DNA from: Eledone cirrhosa
Taxonomy: Eukaryota
NCBI GenBank assembly: GCA_964016885.1
Contig: OZ024741.1
Coordinates: forward strand, 19,282,001 to 19,346,000
DNA length: 64,000 bases
Reading direction: 5' to 3'
Each line of letters begins with the position of its first letter. The first letter of the stretch is position 1. Of the stretch, positions 25,070 through 37,745 are shown piece after piece. Both the position numbers and the translations under genes were made by a program. The notes under the pieces are model-generated. The model saw only the letters and a program-made list of their open reading frames with translations. It was not told the origin of the DNA and did no database searches.

Positions 25070-28000
25070 AACCGCGTCCTGTTGAAAGGTTTCCCCACCC
25101 CACCCAACACCCAAATGAAGATTGAACAACCCGATCTCCAGGAAACGAAAAGGTAAGTGCACCTTTCGTCCTTTTTCTCCAACTTTTCTTCACCAACATG
25201 GCTGGTTTACGAGTTGGAACCGTGAATGTGCGTGGCCTAGGGATGCCCTGGAAACAGGGCCAACTTTTAAACGACCTTAGGTCACACAGTATGGATGTGA
25301 TAGCCATCACCGAGTCCAGGATCCACAACAGGCAGCAACTAACCCCCATCTTCGACGACTTTGAGATCTACGCATCTCTCTGTCAGCCAGGAGGTGGAGG
25401 TGGAGGGGCTGTTATGTTTCGGAAGAACCTGGACGTCGGAGTACAGCAAGTACACTTGGACCCGGAGGGTAGACTGGTAGTCCTAGACGTGAACAGTATC
25501 GGAGGTGGAGCCTTCAGACTGGTGGCCGTTTATGCCCCGACCGGGCAATCGCAATCACGGCCAGACTTCTTTAAGCGTCTAGAGGCTTTTCTGGGAACGT
25601 CTCGCTCCTTACTTTTAGTGGGAGACTAGAATGGTATCCTAGATGCACGATGGGACTATGTGGGAGCATGTCCCAGTAGAGCGGGGTGCAACAGCCTCAA
25701 AACTTTAATCGGCCAATTCCAACTGGCCGATAGGTATCGACTGGATTTCCCGACTGCACCACAGTGGACGTGGGTAAACCGCAGTGGGACATCTAGATCG
25801 TATTTAGATAGGTTCTTCATTAGAGAAAGGGACAAGGATATGTTAAGCTGTCCACGAATGCACATGGTTGCCTATTCAGATCACAAGTTAGTCGTCTGCT
25901 TAGTCAACCGTGATAGAATACATAGACAGGGTCCCGGATACTGGAAGCTGAACGTGTCGTTGCCGGCACGTAAAGCTTACAGTGAACGGATAAGTAGACT
26001 AGTCAAGCAACAGTTAACGGGAGCCATCGTCAACAATAGATGGTGGTACTCTCTCAAGAAAGCAATTAGAATAGAATCGATAGGGTATAGCAGAGAGTTA
26101 GCCTTAGAGAAAAACAGAATAGAAAGAGAACTAGTAGCCAAGGTAGAGGAGGCACTTAGAAGTGGCAACGCGGCTAGAGTGTTAGCGTCGAGAACGGCAC
26201 TGGACCAGTTCTTCGATGCGAAACACGAAGGCTGCGTGGTCAGAAGCAAAACACGTGCTCTAGGAAACGAAGGAGCGAAAGCTGTCAGCTGGGCCCGAGT
26301 GGCGGAGGCAAAAAGTGGCAACAAGTCCACGATTCGGTCTTTGAAAGACCAAAACGGACGCGTGCTACTTGACCCCAAGCAAATGTGCGCGGCCTTTCAG
26401 CGGCACTTTGCGCGACTGTTTGAGCAGAACGACGGTAAGCCGAACGGGGCAATGGACTTTAGTTCATACCTCGACGGCCTGCCGCGTCTCTCGAACACGG
26501 ACGCCGAGTTCTGCGAAAGACCGATCACGGACAGAGATACGGGACGCTCTGGGCCGCTGCGGGAAACGCAAGTCACCCGGTCTAGATGGTCTACCCTACG
26601 AATTTTACATAGGCATGCCGGACTTGTTCTCTGGCGTCCTCGAAGCCGTCTACTGCAATTGGCAGCAGAACGGGAGAATTCCCAGTTCTGCAGGCAAGGG
26701 CGTAGTAATGCTGATCAGGAAAGACGAGAACAAGGGGGACGAAATTAACAACTTCAGACCCATAACTCTGCTCAACACAGAGTTAAAGATTTTGGCCAAG
26801 GTGCTAGCGACGAGGTTGGCGCTTGTCGTCGAGAACCTGGTAGGGAAAGCGCAAACGTGTGCAATCCCGACCAGGTCCATACACGACAACCTCCACCTCA
26901 TGCGATACATCATAGAGAGGGTGGGTAGTAAACCCGGCTTCGGTGGGGCTCTGATCAACTTGGATCAGTCTAAGGCATTCGATAGGGTCGACCATCGATA
27001 CTTGGAAGCGGTTCTCAAGGCGGCCGGTTTCGGTCCCGTGTTCAGAGGATGGATCGAGGCGATGCACACCAGCATCTGCTCGAGGGTCAAGGTGAACGGC
27101 TACCTATCGGAGCCGTTCGCAATCACGCGTTCCATTCGACAGGGATGCCCTCTCTCCTCCATTCTGTATGTATTGACTCTAGAGCCACTACTGCGGAAAT
27201 TGGAGCTGTTGCAGGGCATCCCCCTAGAACCGGGACTGCGCAAAGCTGAACGTGTCGTTGCCGGCGCGTAAAGCTTACAGTGAACGGATAAGTAGACTAG
27301 TCAAGCAACAGTTAACGGTAATGGTGTCGAGCACCTCGGAAATCGGGGTGATCGACAACTTACTGAAATAATACGAAACGCTGACGGGAGCAAAACTAAA
27401 CCCAGACAAGCCTGTCGGTTTGCAACTCGGTACGTGGAGAGGTAAACCGATGACATCCGACAGCGTCGTTGGACGCTGGACGGACGGACCGGTGAAATTG
27501 CTCGGGGTCTGGTTCGGTCCAGACCTCCAGGTGGAGAAAAACTGGAACGAGGTCACGGCCAAGGTGTTTGCACTCACTCAGAAGTGGGCAGAGTACAAAC
27601 TGTCCTTGAAAGGTCGAGCGGAGGTGGCGAACACTTTCATAGCGTCCGTCATCTACTACCGCTTGACTGTCGTGCCTTGTCCCCGTGAACACCTCGCCAA
27701 GATGGAACGCATGCTCTTCCAGTTTCTGTGGAAGAAGCAGGCTCCGCTGGTGAGGAGATCCGTCTGATGTCAGCACCCTTCGAACGGAGGGCTGGGAATG
27801 CCGTGGCTGATGATGCGCAAACATGCGCTGAGGCTCCGGCATCTCCAGGTATTCCTCACCAACCCCCAACCGGTGTGGGCACCGTTTGTGAGACAGGCTT
27901 TCCCACAGCTCGTCTCGCTAACGGAGCTGCAGTCCTGGGTGAAGAAAAGACCGAAAACGATGGGCGCCTGGCACATTGAATGCACTCAGGCGCTCACAGT

Positions 28001-28920
28001 CCTCTGGCAAGCGGGCGCAGCAATCAGTGGAGACTCCACTTCGACATTCTATAGAGGGATTGTACGTTACAAGGGCGACGACGTGCTCGGAGAGACTCTG
28101 GGCGTCGAAGACGATGAGCTCACCAGTCTGTTTGGTAGGACTTTCCGCCCGGGACCTATGGACAACTTCCAGAGGTCCCTGGCCTGGCAGTGCTACCGAG
28201 GAGCTCTACCGGTTCGTGACAAGATCTACAGGCACGGACGCCCTGGCAGGGATCCTTCCAAGAGGACGTGTCCAAGATGTGCGCAGGACATTGAAACAGT
28301 TCTGCACGCAATTGTACACTGCCCGGGCGTAAGCGACCTGTGGAACTATGCAGAACAACTGCTGTCGCGTATGGGACAAATCCAGTTGACTGCCGAGTCC
28401 ATAGTAAGGATCAAACCGCCAGACTCTTTCAAAAACGAAAGAGAGGCGGATTTCCTCTGTACGGTGGCTATGGTGAAAGAAGTTATATGGTGGACGAGGT
28501 TGAGAGGACTGAGGACAGATGCCTTTCTCTCCGGACAACAATTGATTCCCTTCTTTAAGTATCACTTTAGAAGGAGAATCAGGGTGGAGAGAGAGGCACT
28601 GCACCCCAGTAAATTTACTGAAAGGTGGGTGAATGAAGCGAAAATGGCCCGAGTGATTGGGCCTTCTCTGTTTATAAGCCTGTAGGTTGAGGAAGAGAGC
28701 AAAAGGAAGAAAGGAGCACTTGCACAACACGCTCCTGGAGTTGAGGGTTGTTCTATCGACGGGGTATTAAACAACCCATTTGTGGCGCCTCCCCCCTATT
28801 GGGGATTTCGATTGTTGAAATTGTTTGTTTTTATATTTTTTACACGACTGTATGTAAAATCCCCGGCATATCTTTGTATTGTCCCCTTTTCTTGTTGTGC
28901 CCTTGTGGCTAATAAAGAAA
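25070..28920 (+). mobile_element. Tx1-clade (L1-group) non-LTR retrotransposon, 5'-truncated, inactivated
   Basis: Probable ORF1 tail (25070-25165), then ORF2 from ATG 25198: APE endonuclease (TVNVRGL, VYAP, VGD, SDH), RT (KSPGLDGLPYEFY, RPITLLN, DQSKAFDRVDH, RQGCPLS), GGLGMP and a CPRC..ETVLHAIVHC zinc knuckle. 3' UTR ends aataaagaaa followed by (TCTA)n. Confidence 0.93.
25198..28685 (+). pseudogene. Disrupted ORF2 (endonuclease/reverse transcriptase) of the Tx1-like LINE
   Basis: In-frame stops at ~25627, ~27368 and ~27765, a frameshift near 26525, and the YADD region replaced by a duplicated segment at 27243-27318. Confidence 0.9.
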
Positions 28921-28959
28921 TCTATCTATCTATCAATCTATCTATTTATCGATATCAAA

Positions 28960-29462
28960 CAACCACCTTTATTCAAAAACGAAAGAGAGGCGGTTTTGCT
29001 TTGTATAGTGGCTATGGTGAAAGAGGTTATATGGTGGACAAGGTTGAGAGGACCGAGGACAGATGCCTTTCTCTCCGGACAACAACCCATTCCCTTCTTT
29101 AGGTACCACTTTAAAAGGAGAATCAGAGGGAAGAGAGAGGTACTGCACCCCAGTAAATTTACTGAAAAGTTGGTGAATGTGGCGAGAATGGCTCGAGTGA
29201 TTGGGCCTTCTTTGTATATAAACCTGTAGGTTGAAGAAGAGAGCGAAAAGAAGAAAGGAGAACTTGCACAACATGCTCCTGGAGTTGAGGGTTGTTCTAT
29301 CTATGGGGTATTAAACAACCCATTTGTAACGCCTCCCCCCTATTGAGGATTTCGATTGTTATATTTTCATGTTAAAACATTTTTTTACACGACTGTATGT
29401 AAGATTCCCGCAATGTCTTTGTATTGTCCCTTTTCTTGTGCGCCCTTGTGGCAAATAAAGAA

Positions 29463-29463
<1 letters not shown>
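28960..29463 (+). mobile_element. Second, 5'-truncated copy of the same Tx1-like LINE (ORF2 C-terminus and 3' UTR)
   Basis: KNEREAVLLCIVAMVKEVIWWTRLRG... parallels 28430-28685; same 3' UTR; ends aataaagaaa followed by (TCTA)n. Confidence 0.9.
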
Positions 29464-29521
<58 letters not shown>

Positions 29522-29522
<1 letters not shown>

Positions 29523-29747
29523 GTGCTCCTGAGGAGAAGGGTTGCACACTTTTTTTCGGGGGTGTGTGCGACCCCCCAAGGCGCCTCCTCCTTATTGAGG
29601 ATTTTGTTATAAAATCTATTTTGTTATATTTTATTTTATTTTTATACTTTGTTATTGCCTCCTCCTTATTGAGGACGCCTTTTCATGTAAACTCCCCCCA
29701 TTGTACTTGTCCCACTTGTTGATGCCCTGGTGGCAAATAAAAAGAAA

Positions 29748-29750
<3 letters not shown>
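29522..29750 (+). mobile_element. Third, more divergent Tx1-like 3' UTR fragment
   Basis: gcgcctcctcccttattgagg...tgtaaactcccc...gccctggtggcaaataaa resembles the two preceding 3' ends; flanked by (TATC)n on both sides. Confidence 0.75.
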
Positions 29751-29826
<76 letters not shown>

Positions 29827-30416
29827 GTCTGCCCGTCTGTCTGCCTATGAATCTATCCATGGAACTGCACCGAGAAACACTTGCTTTAGTCTGTGCTGGT
29901 TGAGTGTAGTGACGTGACAATGGAGGATTCTTTCCATCCCATTGATATTGTCCAAGGGAAGAGCGGGGTGAGAGATGTATATGCAGGGCCATACACATTA
30001 TATACAGTATGTGTATAATAAGTGTTTTATATACACATGTATGTAATAATTATCTAACCACATGCGCGTGCTTGTTTATACTTGCATTGATGTATATTGA
30101 ATGGAGTAGGGTCGTTTGATCTGGTGCAGCTATTCAGTGAACAAGAATAACAAGGTGTAGAAGGGAGAGGAAGGAGGGAAAGGCAGACGGAGATATAGAT
30201 ATCGTGAGAGAGGGAAAGAGAAGGAGAGGTAGAGGTGAGAGTGAGGAGATAGAGAATTAAAGAGCTTGCTCAATAGAAAGGGAGAGAGACAGAGAGAAGA
30301 GGGTGATGGACAAATTGACAAATTGATAAATTGATATATATATGTATGTCTGTATGTATGTGTATGTATGTATGTATATATATATATGTATGTATATATG
30401 TGTGTGAGTGTGTAAA

Positions 30417-30448
<32 letters not shown>

Positions 30449-30779
30449 CACACATATGGGGGGGGGGGGGTAAGAGGCAGTGTTGTTATGAAGGATATCA
30501 ACAGACAAGAAATTAAATGCATTTTCTTTGTTAAACTGTTTTCTCTCTTACAATATCAGTGTTCGATGTTGAATGTAGTGAAATCGATAACAACAGATCA
30601 CCATCGCCCCCTCCCCCTCGCCTTCTCAGATGTCATTCCAACTCTCTTTTGTAGAAGAGTTCAACATGAAATGATAATAACGAACATCAACATCATCATC
30701 AATAACAATAACAACAATTACTACTACTGCTACTACTGCTGCCGCTACTACTGCTGCTACTACTACTGCTACTACTAAC

Positions 30780-30819
<40 letters not shown>

Positions 30820-31882
30820 AAAAATTGAGTGTCAGAGGAAGATAGAGAGCAAGAAAGAGAGAGAGAGAGAGAGTGGGTGTGTGAGTTAGAGAAAAAGAGA
30901 GAGCGAGAATGAGTCAGACTGACAAAAAGTGAATCAGAATGAGAGAGGAGGGAAGAGGGAGAGAGAAAGAGAGGACAGAGAAAGGAAAGAGAGAGTGGTG
31001 AAAAACGAGAAAGAGAGAAAGAAAGATTCGTAGAGAGAGTGAGTCAGACAGACAGATAGTAAGCCAGAATGAGAGAGAGGGTGAGAGAGAGGGAGGGGGG
31101 AGAGAACGAGAGGGTGAGAGAGAGAGAGAAAGAGAGAAAGAGCGAGAGAGAGAAAGAAAGATTCGTAGAGAGAATGAGTCAGACAGACAGATAGTAAACT
31201 AGAATGAGAGAGAGGTTGAGAGAGAGTGAGAGAGGGAGAGAGAGTGAGAGAGAGAGAGAAAGCCAATGAGTCATCATTTAGCCATTTACATGGAAATTGG
31301 AAGTGAAATGCCTCACAAAAATGCTTTATCTGCCATAACTCTATGGTGTTCATGTCTTCATGACTTTAATCTATATTTCATATTAACTTAAGCGACCTCA
31401 ACATCTCTTGTCTCTCGGTCGTTAGGCTTCTTTCATCTTGTCTTCTCCACTCTCATTATATCTGTCTTACATACACACACACAGCGTCTACACGGCTCTG
31501 TGTGTTACACAGACATGAAGTGTGTATTTAGGAGTATGTGTTGCATAGATACATATATATGTTGTGTGTATTACATAGACATGCAGTGTGTATATATGTG
31601 TGTGTGTGTGTTAGACACAATGTGTGTATTTATGTGTATGTGTTGCATAGATATATATATATGTTGTGTGTGTGTGTTACATAGAGAAAGAGTGTGTATT
31701 TGTGTGTGTATATATGCGTGTGTGTGTGTTAGTCAGACACGAAGTGTGTATTTGTGTGTGTATGTGTTGCATAGACACATGTATACATGTGTGTTATAGA
31801 ACAATTAGTGAATGTGATGTTGTAGTCTTCATGCCATACCTTTGTATAATTTATAACCCCAGTACTGTATTATCTAGTGATG

Positions 31883-32073
31883 GGCGGGGGATTGGCAGTA
31901 GGTAGAGGGTCGGACGCCATGCTTTCTAGCATAGAGTTACGCCCCTTTACGGTCTGAGTTCAAATCCCGCCGAGGTTAACTTTGCCTTTCATCCTTACGG
32001 GGGTCGATAAAATAAAGTACCAGTAATGTACTGGGATAATTGCTGGCCTTGTGCCAGAAGTAGAAACAATTAT
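31883..32073 (+). mobile_element. Nin/Deu-domain-like SINE, young subfamily
   Basis: Same diagnostic sequence as the 11746 copy. Confidence 0.85.
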
Positions 32074-32157
32074 TTATTGATGTGTGTCACAGATAAACAA
32101 GGTTTATTGATAAAGGGAGTGATGTTAACAGTTGTGGGATTCAACCTCAGTACATTA

Positions 32158-32190
32158 GTAGTAGTAGTGGTGGTAGTGGAGATAGTAGTG

Positions 32191-32222
<32 letters not shown>

Positions 32223-32343
32223 GGTGGTGGTGGTAGTAGTGGTAGTAGTAGTAGTGGTGGTAGTAGTAGTCGTAGTAGTAGTAGTAGTAGTAGTAGAAGT
32301 AGTGGTGGTAGTGGAGGTAGTAGTGGTAATAGTAGTAGTAGTG

Positions 32344-32390
<47 letters not shown>

Positions 32391-32406
32391 AGTGGAGGTA
32401 GTAGTG

Positions 32407-32458
<52 letters not shown>

Positions 32459-32475
32459 AGGTGGTGGTGGTGGTG

Positions 32476-32534
<59 letters not shown>

Positions 32535-32592
32535 GGAGGTAGTAGTGGTAGTAGTAGTAGTAGTAGTGGTAGTAGTAGTAGTAGTAGTAGAC

Positions 32593-32642
<50 letters not shown>

Positions 32643-32654
32643 GGTGGTAGTAGA

Positions 32655-32700
<46 letters not shown>

Positions 32701-32880
32701 ATAGTAGTGGTGGTGGTGGTGGTGGTAGTAGTGGTAGTAGTAGTAGTAGACGCAGTAGTAGTAGTAGTAGTAGTGGTGGTGGTGGTGGTGGTAGTAGTGG
32801 TAGTAGTAGTAGACGCAGTAGTAGTAGTGGTAGTAGAGGTGGCAGTAGTAGTAGTAGTAGTGGTAGTAGTAGTAGTAGAG

Positions 32881-32917
<37 letters not shown>

Positions 32918-33003
32918 AGGTAGTAGTAGTAGTGGTAGTAGTAGTAGTAGTAGTAGAGGTAGTAGCAGTAGTAGTAGTAGAGGTAGTAGTAGTAGTAGTA
33001 GTA
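32158..33003. repeat. (GTA/GTG)n trinucleotide array
   Basis: Directly visible; produces the spurious poly-V, poly-T, poly-L and poly-Y ORFs. Confidence 0.97.
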
Positions 33004-33146
33004 ATAATTGTGGTAGCGGTAATTGCTGCCACACACACAAACACATATGTACGTACTATATATACATATACTTAACTGATGGCCCTGTGGGAAGCAGGTG
33101 AAACTCCAGAGTAACAAGACTCACTATTGAGCCTTAATAAAATGAC

Positions 33147-33205
<59 letters not shown>

Positions 33206-33410
33206 TTCCATATATATATATGGAAATGACAAGCACCACCCTTCCATACACACACATGTACACATCTATCATCTATATATACATATATTAGATATACAAA
33301 GGTATATATATTCATGGGTGCCCTTATCCTACATTCTAGGTCACTTTACTGAAAATAGATATAGTGATGGGGTCATATCCAAACCTTAGCTAAACTAAAT
33401 CCTGTATTCA

Positions 33411-33483
<73 letters not shown>

Positions 33484-34290
33484 TGGATAAATTTCAAACT
33501 GTTTGACAAAGAGTCTTCGGTTATTTCTGTGGGAAACCTTACGCTACAATCAACAGCCATAAAGCTAAAATGACCCCTCTCTCTCTTTTGCCACTGAAAC
33601 CTGAAACCAAATGAAATCTGCATATAATTTCTATAAAGAATTATTCCCAGTAAATAAAAGAAGAAAAACAACCAAATATATTTGACACACGAGGAGCGAG
33701 AGATAAAGGGGACAAAAATGATGAAAATATCAATATTCCCCTTTAGATAGAACATTCAATAAGTATATTTGTTGAACAACGGCTCCCTTCAATGAATTGA
33801 TATAGATATATAATCTAACCCAGAGCCTTCTCACTCCCGTTGGAGGAACTCCTCCCTACTGGACCTCCACCGCTTTCTTTTTGGTATTGGTCTTATTCAC
33901 CTTGCTTGGCCAATTGCGGTTTGTTTAGGAGGCTATTTAACCCATGGTTAGGGGGGATACCCGTTGCCTCTATATATATATATGTATATATATATGAATA
34001 TATATATATATATATATATATATAACGTAGAGATGGAGTTGTATTTGTTGAGCAAGTGACTTCATCTGGTACCGTATGTAGAGACAGAAATAATTACATC
34101 ATGGCGGAGTCATTTCAGCTCTAATACTTACTTACAAACGCTGTTATATTCACTTTTTGCTAGACGAATGTTTTTGTCACTTTATAATATTTACAATAAG
34201 TAAATATATTAGATTTTGTGTGTTCTCAACTAGTTAACATGACTTTTCCTCCATGTAACTAATACTTACACGCATATAGACACACGTCAG

Positions 34291-34356
<66 letters not shown>

Positions 34357-34531
34357 CGTATATATATATACGTATATATATATATAAAGTAAGAATAATA
34401 AATGTGAAGACTAAAATCCAAAGAGAGCTCGATAAGGATGAATATATATCAAATATATAAGAACCGTAGTGTTTCAGAAGATCCCGTTAAAGGTGAAAGC
34501 AGCGATTCTTCGCTTAAACTTTAATCTGTTA

Positions 34532-34636
<105 letters not shown>

Positions 34637-35387
34637 ACGTGTGTTTAACGTATTAATTCACTATGCTGATCCCTTCAGTTAGTGATACAAATTCAAATAT
34701 TGACCTTCATGTTACTTTCAGCCACTGAACTGTGGCCATACTGGAGCAATGAAACTTACCTCTGAAGCAAATAATATGGCGACTTCTTTCGATATAGAGT
34801 TTCTCTTGTCATGCAATTAAACATATAAAATTATAGAAAACTTACCTCTGGTCCAGGAATCTTTTGGTCATGTATGGTTAACTTGTTTCCTCTCTGTCAC
34901 CAATATTGGTTTCAGCTTGGATGGTCACTTAAAACCTTTAGAATCGGTCAGTCCTTTGGCTAGTTGGTTGGTTGGTGGTTATATACAAACTTACCTGAGT
35001 CAAATTATTAATGTCCTTAATCGTCGCCTCTGTATCAGTTGTGGTCAACTTTATAAGTTACCAAGCAGAACAGATTTTAACCATGCTTTTGACACCACCG
35101 AACTTACCTTTTGATTAAGATATATGTTTGAGATGATGATGATGATGGTCTCAGTAATGATGATAGTGGTTTTTTAGCTACTGAAACCAGTGACTCAGTC
35201 GATACCTATACGTGAAAGACCCCATTGTGCCCCCAGCCACCCACGCCACACCACAAAGACCAAGTAAATGCTGAAAAGGTTTTTAAAAAATCAGTTAAAA
35301 TCTCTAATTTCTGAAAATTGGAATTGCGTTAGTTTTGCAACGATAATAGTAATTCAAATGTTAAGACAAATGATAATAATAATAATG

Positions 35388-35700
35388 ATTTCAAATTTAG
35401 GACCTTGGCCAGTAATTTAGGGGGAGGGGAAAGTCGATTAAATTGTTCCCAGTATCTAACTGGTTCTTTATCGACCTCCAAAGGATGAAAGGCAAATCTG
35501 ATTTCGGTGGGATTTGAACTCTGAATGTAAAAATCTAGAAGAAATAACATTTTGTTCGACGCTCTAACGATTCTGCCAATCAACATCAACGACAATAATA
35601 ATAATGGTTCCTACTTTTGACACAAGGCCAGCAATTTGGAGGGAAAGGGAAAGTAGATTATATCGATCCCTTTACTTAACTGGTACTTTATTTTATGTAC
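35388..35700 (-). mobile_element. Two older Nin/Deu-domain-like SINE copies
   Basis: ggatgaaaggcaaa...gggatttgaactc and gacacaaggccagcaattt motifs. Confidence 0.7.
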
Positions 35701-35849
35701 TGGAATCGATATAATGGAGAGGTCCCAATCTCCAAAACATCTAGCCTTGTGCTTATGTTAGCAGCCATTATTGCTATTCTTACTTCCCCACTCATTATTG
35801 TGCTATATATTTCACCTCCCCCTCCCAACATTGATGTTATTTAACTAGA

Positions 35850-36098
35850 AAATTTGCTCTAATGAACATCAAGTCGCTACCCGCAGCCTCAGATATTCAG
35901 GATGTATCGGAGGGTCGTTGCTGTTCCCAGTAGGCGTGTCTTCTGGAGTCTTCCAAAAACGGGGATGGGCTAATGTTCTTTAACCAGCCTTGGAAGCTCT
36001 TCGAGATAGTACCTAGTATTCTTATTACGACGGGGACGACCTTGATTTCATTAAAGTTCCAAATCCTTTTAATTTCCCATATTAAATCCTGGTATCGG
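35850..36098 (-). mobile_element. R4/Dong-like LINE 3' fragment
   Basis: Minus-strand RYQDLIWEIKRIWNFNEIKVVPVVIRILGTISKSFQGWLK...LQKTRLLGTATTLRYILNI is a typical RLE C-terminus; abuts (TAA)n. Confidence 0.8.
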
Positions 36099-36114
36099 TT
36101 ATTATTATTATTAT

Positions 36115-36345
36115 TGAATATTCTACTTCCGATAGGATCTCATCAGGGACATTGGACAGACAATACCTTCCTGAGTATGTATGCAATGCCCAACAGGGCA
36201 GTCTATTATAGGAGAACAATTTGTGTTTGGAGATCTATATGGTTAAAGTGTCTTCTCTGTTTTAGTAGTATCAAACCTAAAACTCCGATGATAATCCGAA
36301 TTATCTTCATGTTGTTATGTGGCATTAACCACATTCGGGCAATTC
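36115..36345 (-). mobile_element. R4/Dong-like LINE 3' fragment
   Basis: Minus-strand IIRIIIGVLGLI...TALLGIAYILRKVLS, ending in (TAA)n. A further short related piece lies at ~36390-36525. Confidence 0.7.
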
Positions 36346-36533
36346 TAATTGTTATTGTTGTTGTTGTTGTTGTTGTTGTTGTTATTAAGACGTTTTCTCA
36401 GTTCTTGTGCGATCATTCTCCTATGAGAACTGGATATCTTTTGGAGGTTTGCCCCCCAAAAGAGGGTTAGGACTAATGTTCTTTAATCAGCCTTGGAAAC
36501 TCTTCGAGATAGTACCTAGTACCCCTATGACGA

Positions 36534-36564
<31 letters not shown>

Positions 36565-36698
36565 GTGATCATTATTATTAGTCTTATATTTGAATTACCA
36601 TTTTCGACAATTGGTACATGAATAAAAATAAATGAATACAAGGATTGTTGATAGAGTGGGTTTTTGATGAGAGCTGACTGAAACTCTTCTATACTCAC

Positions 36699-37117
36699 CA
36701 GATCATTTTTCGTAGATGATGTATTAGTTTGACGTTCACTCCTGCGCCTGTCCATGATTCGCTTCGTTATCTTCTGAGAGATTGACCTAGCATAGGATCT
36801 GCGCCGTGACAAAACATTGACGTAAGCAAATTCCAAGAGGGCAGCGAATACGAAAATTAGACAGACGGCCATCCAGACATCGATAGCTTTTATGTAGGAT
36901 ACTCTCGGCAAAGACGCCCGAGCACCAGAGCTTTGGGTTGTCATTGTCAACACTGTAAGAACTCCCAACGAAATACGAGCTGGAATGGAATCAACGTCTA
37001 ACCAGAAGGACACCCACGATAGAAGGACTATCAAAATACTTGGTATGTAGACCTGGATGATAAAATACCCTTGGTTCCGCGTCAAGTGAAAGTCTGCTTT
37101 GATACACGAGAAATTAC
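36699..37117 (-). CDS. Internal exon of a Cys-loop ligand-gated chloride channel (glycine receptor/GluCl-like): loop C end, M1, M2, M3 and start of the M3-M4 loop
   Basis: Translation [40 protein letters not shown]...[56 protein letters not shown] matches GlyR/GluCl M1-M3. The PAR motif before M2 indicates anion selectivity. Acceptor ttccagcag| at 37118 and donor |gtgagt at 36698; 419 bp, phase 1 to 0. N-terminal and M4 exons not found in the window. Confidence 0.95.
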
Positions 37118-37252
37118 CTGCTGGAAAGATTGGGTTCGTCAAAGGTAGAGTAAAAAAAAGACAGTGAATGTTTATATCTACTTGAGGCTTTTGACAGATG
37201 TAAAAAAATTAAAAAACGAAGGGTTTCACCGTGTTTTACTTACAATCTACTT

Positions 37253-37331
<79 letters not shown>

Positions 37332-37557
37332 TGAGGGTTTATGTCGGCGTTGCTCGTTTTCCATATTCAAAACTTAGAAGCAAAAATTGAGGCTCCTTCA
37401 GCGGTGATTACGTAATGTTACGTAATATTACGTAAGTTACCGACTAGATTGGAGAAGATATATTTTAAAAGGTTTTCTTTCTGTCAAATGCAGGTAGATA
37501 AAAACAAACAAAACAATACAGAAAAAACAAAAAAAAAATAATAGTAACTATAATAAT

Positions 37558-37745
37558 AATTGTTTCTATTTTTAGACACAAGGCCAGCAATTACCCAGTG
37601 CATTACTGGTACTTTATTTTATCGACCCCGTAAGGATGAAAGGCAAAGTTAACCTCGGCGGGATTTGAACTCAGATCATAAAGGGACGTAACTCTATGCT
37701 TCAAAGCATGGTGTCCGACTCTCTACTGATACTGCCAATCCACCG
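37558..37745 (-). mobile_element. Nin/Deu-domain-like SINE, young subfamily
   Basis: Reverse complement of the 11746-type copy. Confidence 0.85.

Noticed and set aside
32026-33117. Poly-V, poly-T, poly-L and poly-Y ORFs
   Set aside because: Trinucleotide microsatellite.
33541-33593. Possible 51-nt in-frame exon WQKRERGHFSFMAVDCS
   Set aside because: Good acceptor but weak donor and no homology; unsupported without RNA data.
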